A stretch of DNA of 60,533 nt, from assembly GCA_041654015.1 (NCBI GenBank), contig JBAZEI010000001.1, positions 1 to 60,533 of the forward strand, written 5' to 3'. This stretch comes from Minisyncoccota bacterium (GTDB taxonomy: Bacteria > Patescibacteriota > Minisyncoccia > UBA6257). This document shows, in pieces, positions 45,771 to 53,707 of the stretch; the first letter of the stretch is position 1; the number at the start of each line of letters is the position of its first letter. The translations under genes and the position numbers were made by a program. The notes below the pieces were generated by a model. That model ran no database searches. It was not told the origin of the DNA and saw only the letters and a list, made by a program, of their open reading frames with translations.

Positions 45771-45911
45771 TATCAATAATTTTGAGGTTGACCCCCTTCT
45801 TTTATAAAAAGGAAGTTGACTTTTTGTGGTAAACGTGGTAGCATTAGAATGTCTTATTAGAGACATTTTTAGTTCTTTTAAAATTTAAAAATATAGAGAA
45901 AGGAGAAAAAA

Positions 45912-46073
45912 ATGGAAGAAAAAGATAAAAAAGAAATTCTGTATAAAATAATTAACTATGAGGATATAACTATTGAAGAAGCCATTAATTTAGCTAAAGA
46001 GATAGGGCTTCAGACTGAATGTGATGCAGACTCTAAACAAGTTAAAATAAGTTTAGATTTAAAAAATAATTAG
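45912..46073 (+). CDS. 53-aa acidic hypothetical protein with a strong SD
   Basis: Below the track cut-off. Own translation: MEEKDKKEILYKIINYEDITIEEAINLAKEIGLQTECDADSKQVKISLDLKNN. AAAGGAGA lies 6 nt upstream. Confidence 0.45.
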   Translation: MEEKDKKEILYKIINYEDITIEEAINLAKEIGLQTECDADSKQVKISLDLKNN

Positions 46074-46087
46074 AAAGGAGGATTTAA

Positions 46088-46345
46088 ATGAAAGTTATAT
46101 TTCAAAAAATGTGTACGATTGCAGTTATCCTGTATTTATTTTTCCCTTTTTTAGCTCAAACTTGGAAAGAAATAGTCTTTTTTTGCAAAGAAATAATAAA
46201 TAATTTGTCTGTTATAATAGGGGGAAATATTCTTTACAGTATTGCTTTAGGTGTTTTTGCGATGATTTTAATTCTATGGATTCTTCATGATGGAGAGCAA
46301 GAGCAAGAAGAGATGCCAGAGGAAAAATTAGAGAAACCTCTATAA
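46088..46345 (+). CDS. 85-aa two-TM membrane protein with an acidic tail, strong SD
   Basis: AAAGGAGG lies 6 nt upstream. Two hydrophobic helices, and a terminator directly downstream. Confidence 0.5.
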   Translation: MKVIFQKMCTIAVILYLFFPFLAQTWKEIVFFCKEIINNLSVIIGGNILYSIALGVFAMILILWILHDGEQEQEEMPEEKLEKPL

Positions 46346-46356
46346 TTGAGGTTTAG

Positions 46357-46386
46357 GCCCTAACAATTACAGTTAGGGCTTTTTTA
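46357..46386 (+). terminator. Rho-independent terminator
   Basis: GCCCTAAC-aattaca-GTTAGGGC-ttttttat. Confidence 0.8.
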
Positions 46387-46399
46387 TTTTGCCTAATTT

Positions 46400-46408
46400 T
46401 GGTATAAT
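46400..46408 (+). promoter_or_regulatory. Extended -10 TGgTATAAT placed 7 nt before the ATG (leaderless-type arrangement)
   Basis: tggtataataatttatATG. Confidence 0.5.
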
Positions 46409-46415
46409 AATTTAT

Positions 46416-46874
46416 ATGAATGAACTTTGGACTGTTATTATTGCGGCTTCTCCAATAGTTGAATTAAGAGGAGCGATTCCTGTAGCGATGGGAATTTTTA
46501 ATTTTCCTTGGCCTAAGGCGCTGATTTTAAGCTATATGGGAAATATTCTGCCGATAATTCCTTTGATTTGGTTTTTAAACAAATTATCAGATTATTTAAG
46601 CAGGAAATTTTCTTTTTTTGCCAAATTTTTTGGCTGGTTGTTTGAAAGAACGAGGCAAAGAACCACTAATAGTTTTAATCGCTGGGGCAAGTGGGCTCTG
46701 GTTTTTTTTGTGGCTATTCCTTTGCCTTTTACTGGAGTTTGGACTGGTTCTGTCGCCGCTTTTTTATTCGGGATAAAATACCGCCAAGCTTTTGGGCTTA
46801 TTAGTTTCGGCGCGGCTTTAGCCGGAATTATCGTGACAAGTTTAACATTACTTGGAATTAACATTTTATCTTAA
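46416..46874 (+). CDS. Small multidrug-export-like (COG2426-type) membrane protein
   Basis: SPIVELRGAIPVA.., FVAIPLPFTGVWTGS. Start set at ATG 46416. Family assigned by recall. Confidence 0.5.
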   Translation: MNELWTVIIAASPIVELRGAIPVAMGIFNFPWPKALILSYMGNILPIIPLIWFLNKLSDYLSRKFSFFAKFFGWLFERTRQRTTNSFNRWGKWALVFFVAIPLPFTGVWTGSVAAFLFGIKYRQAFGLISFGAALAGIIVTSLTLLGINILS

Positions 46875-46891
46875 ACCATTTATAGGAAAAT

Positions 46892-47659
46892 ATGGCTAAA
46901 CTTATTATTTTTAATTTTAAAATGGCTCCGGCTTCGTTCGTTGAAGCAAGAGAAATTTTTGAAATCTTCAATAAATTTTCAAAAAAAATCAAAAACAATA
47001 AATTAGCAGTTGTTCCGCCTCATGTCTATTTAACGGAAGCTAAAAAAGAGATAGGTGATAAATGTTTATTGGGGGCGCAAAATGTATTTTGGCTTGACCG
47101 TTATTCAATGACTGGAGAGATTTCGCCAAAAATGTTAAAATCTTTAAAAGTACAGTATGTTATTATAGGGCATTCTGAACGCCGAGAATACCTTAAAGAA
47201 ACTGACGCAATGATTAATGCTAAAATTAAGGCCTGCTTAAAAAATGGCTTAAAGCCCATTCTTTGTGTTGGAGAAAAAGAAAGGAGAGCTGAAGATTCAT
47301 CTTCGTCTATTTCAGTAAAAAAGATTCTTTTTGAACAATTAAACCACGCTTTTCAGGGCATTCAAATTAAAAAATCATCAGATTTAATGATTGCTTATGA
47401 ACCGATTTGGGCTATTGGTGGTAATGAACCGCAGGATTTAAAAGAAGTGGAGAATATAGCCGCTCTTATTCGTTTTTGGGCCGCGCGCCGGTTTTCAGAG
47501 AAATTGGCAAAGAATTTGCCGATTATTTACGGAGGATCAATTAACGCCCAAAATATTCTTTCTTTTCTTGGCTTAAAAGAGAGCGCTGGAGTTTTGGTCG
47601 GTGGCGCTAGCACTAATAAAAATGAATTAACAAAAATTCTTAAAAAATTAATAAAATAA
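46892..47659 (+). CDS. tpiA: Triosephosphate isomerase
   Basis: NFKM, IIGHSERR, AYEPIWAIGG, IYGGS. Confidence 0.88.
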   Translation: MAKLIIFNFKMAPASFVEAREIFEIFNKFSKKIKNNKLAVVPPHVYLTEAKKEIGDKCLLGAQNVFWLDRYSMTGEISPKMLKSLKVQYVIIGHSERREYLKETDAMINAKIKACLKNGLKPILCVGEKERRAEDSSSSISVKKILFEQLNHAFQGIQIKKSSDLMIAYEPIWAIGGNEPQDLKEVENIAALIRFWAARRFSEKLAKNLPIIYGGSINAQNILSFLGLKESAGVLVGGASTNKNELTKILKKLIK

Positions 47660-47663
47660 AAAT

Positions 47664-48464
47664 ATGAATGGGAAAAACCATCAGCAATTAACCACTATTT
47701 TGACGATTTTTTTAGTTGTTTTAAGCATCGGTGTTTTGTGTTGGGGGTATTATAATTATCGTTTAGCCCAAAACATTGTTAATCCGGAAAGAGTAATCTC
47801 TTTTTCTGCCGAAGGAAAGGTTTTAGCTAAACCGGATATCGCTAAAATTGTAATCGGGGTTATTACTCAAGGCGAAAAAGCAGAGGTGGTTCAGGAAGAA
47901 AACAATAAAAGAATGAAAGAGGCAATTGATTTTATAAAAGAGCAAGGCGTGAACGATGATGATATCCAAACGACTAGTTACAATTTAAATCCTCAATATG
48001 ATTACAACTGGTGCCGCCGACAAGGTCAGGAAGCCGCAGATTATATTTCCTGCCCCCCTAAGATTATTGGCTATCAATTGTCTCAAAGGGCGACAATTAA
48101 AATCAGGGATTTTGATAAAATAAATACTATTATTGGGGGGTTGTCGGAAAAAGAAGTTAATCAAATTTCAAATGTCAGTTTTGAAATTGATGATCCCGAG
48201 GCTTATAAAAATGAAGCGCGAATACAGGCCTTAAATAAAATTGAAGAAAGGGCAAAAATTTTAAGCGCCAAAACAAATATTCGTTTGGGAAAAATTATCA
48301 CTATTTCAGAAGGGCCAAGCATTTATCCCTCTTATCGCTCTTTAGAAATGGAAAAATCAATGGCTGGTTCTAGTGAAGATTCAACAGTTGTTCCTCAAGC
48401 GCCGATAGAATCAGGAACCGAAGAAATTAGTATTACCTTGAATGTATCTTATGAATTAAAATAA
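47664..48464 (+). CDS. SIMPL (DUF541) domain protein
   Basis: N-terminal TM helix. ISFSAEGKVLAKPDIAKIVIGV... with the typical SIMPL layout. Confidence 0.65.
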   Translation: MNGKNHQQLTTILTIFLVVLSIGVLCWGYYNYRLAQNIVNPERVISFSAEGKVLAKPDIAKIVIGVITQGEKAEVVQEENNKRMKEAIDFIKEQGVNDDDIQTTSYNLNPQYDYNWCRRQGQEAADYISCPPKIIGYQLSQRATIKIRDFDKINTIIGGLSEKEVNQISNVSFEIDDPEAYKNEARIQALNKIEERAKILSAKTNIRLGKIITISEGPSIYPSYRSLEMEKSMAGSSEDSTVVPQAPIESGTEEISITLNVSYELK

Positions 48465-48485
48465 AAAATTAAGTATTTGCCTCTT

Positions 48486-49724
48486 ATGACTTTAAAACCT
48501 TTTGATTCGGCAGATTTTAGCCGAAAAAAAGTTTTAATGAGAGTGGATTTTAATGTCCCTTTGAAACAAAATAAAATTCTGGATGATTTTAGGATTCAAC
48601 GCACCTTGCCAACAATCAATTTTTTAAAAGAAAAGAAAGCAGAGAAAATTATCCTTATTTCTCATTTTGGTCGTCCCTTAAAAAGAGACCCAAAGTTTAG
48701 TTTAGAGCCGATTAGTCGGCATTTAGAAAAGATTATTGGAGAGACAATTTATTTTTTGAAAACGCCGATTGGCAGCCAGCTTTCAGAAGAAATTGAAAAA
48801 TTGCCAAATAATTGCATAATTCTTTTGGAGAATATCCGTTTTTATGAGGAAGAAGAAAAAAATGATAAAAATTTTGCCAAAGAATTAGCGAAAATGGGGG
48901 ATTGTTTTATAAACGAAGCTTTTTCTGCTTCCCATCACGAAGCAGCTTCTTTATGCGCGATTACAGAATTTTTACCCTCTTTTATGGGCAAATTGCTTGA
49001 AGAAGAAATATCGCAGCTGAATAGAATTATTAAAACTCCCAAAAGGCCATTGGTAATAGTTTTAGGGGGCTCTAAAGTAAAAGACAAATTACCTGTGGTT
49101 AAAAGGTTTTTAGAACAGGCAGATTATGTTTTATTGGGAGGAGTAGTCGCCGATACAGTTTTGAAAGCCAATGATTTTTCCATAGGTTCTTCTATTTTTG
49201 ATAGAGAGATATTAGATGCAGCAAAAAATTTGGGTTCCCAAAAGGCAGAATTAATTTTACCCGGCGATTTTAGGGTTTTAAACAAAGACAACAAAAAGCA
49301 AATAAAAGAATTGGGATTAATCACTAATAAAGATGTTATTTTTGATATTGGGCCGCTTGCTGCCAAAACCTTTGCTCAGATTATTTCAAAAGCAAAAACA
49401 ATATTTTTTAACGGCGCGATGGGTAAATTTGAAGACCCGAGATTTAGCGATGGCACTAAAGAAATCATAGAGGCTATTATAAACAATCAGAAAGCTCAAA
49501 CAGTTATTGGCGGCGGCGATACTTTATTAGCTTTTAAAATTCTAAAACCAGAATACAGAATACCCGCTCGCCTTGCTCCCGCCTGCTTCGAATTGCGAAG
49601 CGAATCGGGCAGGTCGCAGTGCGAAGCGGGCAGGCAGAATACAGGATACAGATTTTTTTCCACTGGTGGTGGAGCAATGTTGGAGTATTTGGCTGGAAAA
49701 TCACTCCCCGGTTTAACAATATAA
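48486..49724 (+). CDS. pgk: Phosphoglycerate kinase carrying an in-frame GC-rich insertion near the C-terminus
   Basis: RVDFNVP, ISHFGRP, GGSKVKDK, VIGGGDT, STGGGAMLEYL.GK.LPG. Start is ATG 48486 (the track start is TTG 48477). Confidence 0.92.
   Translation: MTLKPFDSADFSRKKVLMRVDFNVPLKQNKILDDFRIQRTLPTINFLKEKKAEKIILISHFGRPLKRDPKFSLEPISRHLEKIIGETIYFLKTPIGSQLSEEIEKLPNNCIILLENIRFYEEEEKNDKNFAKELAKMGDCFINEAFSASHHEAASLCAITEFLPSFMGKLLEEEISQLNRIIKTPKRPLVIVLGGSKVKDKLPVVKRFLEQADYVLLGGVVADTVLKANDFSIGSSIFDREILDAAKNLGSQKAELILPGDFRVLNKDNKKQIKELGLITNKDVIFDIGPLAAKTFAQIISKAKTIFFNGAMGKFEDPRFSDGTKEIIEAIINNQKAQTVIGGGDTLLAFKILKPEYRIPARLAPACFELRSESGRSQCEAGRQNTGYRFFSTGGGAMLEYLAGKSLPGLTI
49548..49652 (+). repeat. 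~105-nt GC-rich element inserted in frame in pgk
   Basis: Encodes PEYRIPARLAPACFELRSESGRSQCEAGRQNTGYR between GGGDT..FKILK and FFSTGGGA. Flanked by CAGAATACAGAATAC / CAGAATACAGGATAC. The 14-mer gcgaagcgggcagg is the reverse complement of lepA 55531..55544. Confidence 0.8.
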
Positions 49725-49744
49725 CAATTTAGCAATGTAACAAG

Positions 49745-50578
49745 ATGATTGTTTTTTATCATAAAAATTGCCCTGATGGATTTGCTAGTGCTTGGGTTGC
49801 CTGGAAGAAATTTAAAGCCAAGGGCCAGTATTTTCCTTTAAATTATCAATCTCCTTTTAAGCATTTTATCCAGAAGGAGAAAATTTATTTTTTTGATGTT
49901 ATTCCTGAAAGAAAAACTTTGGAAGATTTAATTGAAAAAGGAAACGAAATTACAATAATTGACCATCACCTAAGCGCTAAAAGAATTTTGGATTTTGATA
50001 AGCCAAAAAATATGAAAGTGAAGTTGAATATGAAACATTCCGCTTCAGTTTTGGTTTGGCGGTATTTTTTTTCTAAAAAGAAAGTTCCAGAATTATTACT
50101 CTATATAGAGAATATGGACCTCTGGAAATTTAAGAAACCTTATACTCGGGAAATTTTAGCAACGATTAATACGCCGGATTTTGAGTTTAAAAAATGGAGT
50201 AAGTTGGTTAAAGAAATAGAAAATAAAAAAACAAGAAAGAAATATATTGAAGCTGGAAAAAAAGTTGTTGAATATCAAGATGAAATAATAGCAGGATTGG
50301 TTCAGGAAGCTAAAGAAGTGGAATTTTCAAAATGCAAGACTTTAGTTGTTAACTCATCAATTTTAATTTCTGAAATAGGCGACGCTTTAATCAAAAAAAG
50401 GCCTCCAATGGCTGTTATTTGGTTTGAGACAGGCGAAGAAAAAAGAATTTCTCTGCGTTCTAATGGCAAGATAGATGTTTCTAAAATTGCGGAAAAGTAT
50501 GGCGGTGGAGGCCACAAAAAAGCAGCCGGATTCAGTTTAAAAGCCAATAGACCTTTTCCCTGGAAGGAATATTTTTAA
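49745..50578 (+). CDS. DHH/DHHA1 family phosphoesterase
   Basis: ITIIDHH and YGGGGHKKAAGF. Confidence 0.7.
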   Translation: MIVFYHKNCPDGFASAWVAWKKFKAKGQYFPLNYQSPFKHFIQKEKIYFFDVIPERKTLEDLIEKGNEITIIDHHLSAKRILDFDKPKNMKVKLNMKHSASVLVWRYFFSKKKVPELLLYIENMDLWKFKKPYTREILATINTPDFEFKKWSKLVKEIENKKTRKKYIEAGKKVVEYQDEIIAGLVQEAKEVEFSKCKTLVVNSSILISEIGDALIKKRPPMAVIWFETGEEKRISLRSNGKIDVSKIAEKYGGGGHKKAAGFSLKANRPFPWKEYF

Positions 50579-50591
50579 AATATTATAAATT

Positions 50592-51014
50592 ATGAAAACA
50601 AAACTGGAAATTTATACAGATGGAGGGGCAAGGAATAATCCGGGGCCGGCAGGCATCGGAGTCATTATAGGCGGTAAAGAATATGCTGAATATATAGGCG
50701 AGGCCACCAATAATGTTGCTGAGTATAAAGCGATTATTTTTGCTCTTAAAAAAGCGAAACAGCTTCTGGGAAAGTCAAAATTGAAGGACACAGAGGTGAT
50801 AATTAATGCAGATTCAGAATTAGTGATTAACCAACTTAACGGAAAATTCAAAATTTTAGAAAAAGATTTACAGCCTCTTTTTTTGGAAGTTTGGAATCTA
50901 AAATTTGATTTTCCAAATTTAAAATTTAATTATATTCCGAGGGAAAAGAATCAAAGGGCGGATTATCTAGTTAATTCTGCCATTGAGAAACGGCAAAATA
51001 CATTAAATATCTAA
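50592..51014 (+). CDS. rnhA: Ribonuclease HI family protein
   Basis: IYTDGGARNNPGPAGIG, NNVAEYKA, DSELVINQ, N.RAD. Confidence 0.8.
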   Translation: MKTKLEIYTDGGARNNPGPAGIGVIIGGKEYAEYIGEATNNVAEYKAIIFALKKAKQLLGKSKLKDTEVIINADSELVINQLNGKFKILEKDLQPLFLEVWNLKFDFPNLKFNYIPREKNQRADYLVNSAIEKRQNTLNI

Positions 51015-51054
51015 AAATATCTAAGAATATAATACTTCTTTCCTTATGTATATT

Positions 51055-51090
51055 AAAATCGTCCCCTCCATAGTTGGAGGGGACGATTTT
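51055..51090. terminator. Bidirectional terminator hairpin
   Basis: aaaaTCGTCCCCTCCA-tagt-TGGAGGGGACGAtttt, between convergent rnhA and RNase P RNA. Confidence 0.8.
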
Positions 51091-51102
51091 AATAAATTAA
51101 TT

Positions 51103-51762
51103 AACTGGTTAAACCTATAAGCCGAATTCTGTATCCAGCCCTTTTGAATAAATATAACGTTCTTTTACTTACAATATATTAACTTACTAATATAAATAAG
51201 TATTACTTGTTATATTCACTCAAAAGGGCTGGACGGCAGTCATTTATCTAGCCCTAATGTCGCCATCAGGGTCAAGCGGTTACTCTGCCAAAATTACTCG
51301 TAGCGAAGCAAGGTTATAATTTTGAGCATCCGCCATAGCTCAGTAAGCGACGGCGGACCCGCTTTTGCTAAAGCTCCAGCGGGCTCTCAATTTTATAACC
51401 GTTCGCCTAACTCACGGATAAAATTGGAGCACGAACCTTGCACCCAGTAAGGATTTAGCCGTTTCATCGTAGCCTTCGGCGAAGATCCACCATAGCTCGA
51501 AGAGCGAAGGTGGATAACCTTATAACTACGCTCGCCCTCCTTCGCATAAAGCTACGGAGGGCGTCTCGTGCCTTTCAGCACTCGACGTCTCTGTTCGCAC
51601 CTCTACCCATCTCTTTTTGTAAAAAGGGATGGGCGACAGCTGTTAGCTGCTACCTTTTTAACTCTGTTAAATAAAATTTAACAGAGTGGGAGTTCGGACT
51701 TTCCTCCCCGCTCTTTTAATTTAGGTTAAAAGGGCGGGGCGGCTGCCCAGTTCAACCAGCAG
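51103..51762 (-). ncRNA. rnpB: RNase P RNA (bacterial type A core) with large expansion segments, ~660 nt
   Basis: Minus strand carries GGAGGAAAGUCCGAAC (51707..51692), P8-like CAGC-UAAC-AGCUG, GUGCGAACAGAGA, AGAUAAAUGACUGCC and ACAGAAUUCGGCUUAU. P1 pairs CUGGUUGAAC (51759..51750) with GUUUAACCAG (51114..51105). Confidence 0.85.
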
Positions 51763-51905
51763 TTATTATACCTCTTTTTTTTGATTATTTCAAGAATTTT
51801 TAGTAGAATGAAATTGTTGGATTGTTCAGCAATCTTACGCTGGACTCGCCAACTGGCTAGTGAAAGGTCTATTAACTATCGTGAGAGGTTGCGCTTAAAA
51901 TTGAG

Positions 51906-53681
51906 ATGAGAGCGCTTGAGCGCTTTCAAAATATAAAAATGAATTTATTAAATAAGAAATTTTCATCACCAATTGCTATTTTTTCAGGAATACTAATTTT
52001 CTTAATAATAAGTTCATTTTTTTTTATACTCTTTAAAACAAACCAACTTCAGACGGCTAATAAACAAATCATTTCTTCATTAAAAGAAGAAAATTTTGAT
52101 GAAGCAATGAGTTTAATCAATGGGCTTGCTTTAAAAGAGCAAACTCAGAGCAATGATTTGTTGCAGAAATTTTCTTTTTTCCCCCTTCTTAAAGAAGAAA
52201 TTCAATTGAGCCAACATTTGATAGCTATTAAAGAAAATTTAGAAAAAATTAATAATGGATTTCTTTTTTTAGCGATGATTCAGCAAAGAGAAGACCCATT
52301 ATCTCCTTTAAATAATTTAAAAAATGATTTGAAGTATTTTGAAAAATATAATTTTTCTTGGTATGAAAATAAAAATTATCAATTGGAAAATTGGCTGTCT
52401 TTTTTTGGAGAAAAAGAAGAAAAAAATTATCTTGTTTTATTTCAAGACCCTGATATTCCAAGGCCAACAGGGGGTTTTATAGGCGCTTACGCTTTTTTGA
52501 CGTTTGATAAAGGAAAAATTACTTTTTTGGGAAACAATATTTTTTCTTTGGAAGAAGTGTTTTTAGATAAAATTATACCGCCTCTGCCGCTTCAGGATAT
52601 CAGCGATCGCTGGCTTTTTCATGATGCTAATTGGTTTTTTGATTATCCCTCCAGCGCCCAAAAAATTATGTCTTTCTACTCAAAGACAGGCAAAAAACCT
52701 GTTTTGGATGGTATTATTATTGCTAATATCAATGTAATGGAATCTGTTTTAGATATAATTGGCCCCCTAAAAATTAAAGATTATAATTTAACCATAGACC
52801 AAAACAATTTTGTTTCTTTCTATAAGAGTCAGGTTCAGGAATCAGCCAAACCAGCCCCTTTGCGTAAAGAAAAGGACTCTTTGCCGTTATTTTTTAAAGA
52901 ACTTCAGAAGGAAATGAAAGAATGTCCATTAGAGGTATTGGCTAATATTCCAGAGATTTTTGTTAGAAATTTTGAAAAAAAGGATTTACAGATTTATTTA
53001 GCAGATGATAATTTGGAATATTTCTTTGACTCCTTTGATTGGACGGGAAAAATTAAAGAAAGTAAAGATGATTATTTGGGAGTGGTTTTTAACCTTTTGA
53101 GAGATGATTTTACTGAAGACACGCGGGAAAAGAAAATTGAATTGAATACTGAATTTACTGCCAATGGTGAGATAATAAATCATTTGATTATCAGCGCCCC
53201 AAATTTTTCTTCAAAAGAGAAACAAACAGAGAACTATTTAAAAATTTATCTTCCGAGGGGGATAATTATAAAAGAAGCAGAAGGAAGTTTTCTTAAAAAT
53301 AATAATAACTCCTCTAAATTTGAAAATTTTTATAATAAGCTGGGCTACCAAAAAGATGGAGAATTGCTTTTGATAGAAAAAAACACAATTCGGGATGAAA
53401 AAAACAGGATTGAAATATACGAAGAGGGAGGAAAAACAGTTATTGGTTGTTGGGTTCAGCTATCTGTCAAGCCCTTTAGTTTAGTTTATAAATTGCCCGG
53501 CAGCTGGAACCAATTTTCTGATTGGGAATTAATTGTTCAAAAACAAAGTGGCCAAAAAATAAAGATTTCTTTTGAATTGATTATGCCCAAAGATATAAAG
53601 ATAACCCCTTCGCTTTTTCCTTTTAATCAATTTATTCCTTTGGAAAACGATTTAATCTTAAATTTTAAGAGAGAAAATTAG
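51906..53681 (+). CDS. DUF4012 domain membrane-anchored protein
   Basis: N-terminal TM helix. QDPDIPRPTGGFIGAYAFLTFDKGKI matches my recollection of the DUF4012 core. Confidence 0.6.
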   Translation: MRALERFQNIKMNLLNKKFSSPIAIFSGILIFLIISSFFFILFKTNQLQTANKQIISSLKEENFDEAMSLINGLALKEQTQSNDLLQKFSFFPLLKEEIQLSQHLIAIKENLEKINNGFLFLAMIQQREDPLSPLNNLKNDLKYFEKYNFSWYENKNYQLENWLSFFGEKEEKNYLVLFQDPDIPRPTGGFIGAYAFLTFDKGKITFLGNNIFSLEEVFLDKIIPPLPLQDISDRWLFHDANWFFDYPSSAQKIMSFYSKTGKKPVLDGIIIANINVMESVLDIIGPLKIKDYNLTIDQNNFVSFYKSQVQESAKPAPLRKEKDSLPLFFKELQKEMKECPLEVLANIPEIFVRNFEKKDLQIYLADDNLEYFFDSFDWTGKIKESKDDYLGVVFNLLRDDFTEDTREKKIELNTEFTANGEIINHLIISAPNFSSKEKQTENYLKIYLPRGIIIKEAEGSFLKNNNNSSKFENFYNKLGYQKDGELLLIEKNTIRDEKNRIEIYEEGGKTVIGCWVQLSVKPFSLVYKLPGSWNQFSDWELIVQKQSGQKIKISFELIMPKDIKITPSLFPFNQFIPLENDLILNFKREN

Positions 53682-53707
53682 CCAGCAAATGAAAAATATT
53701 AAAAATA

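Noticed and set aside
45401-45866. Four overlapping ORFs (70, 78, 60 and 68 aa; 'CHSERSEESL..' type) on both strands
   Set aside because: They are translations of the X/Y repeat modules in both orientations. The same peptides arise wherever the repeat occurs, and there are no translation signals.
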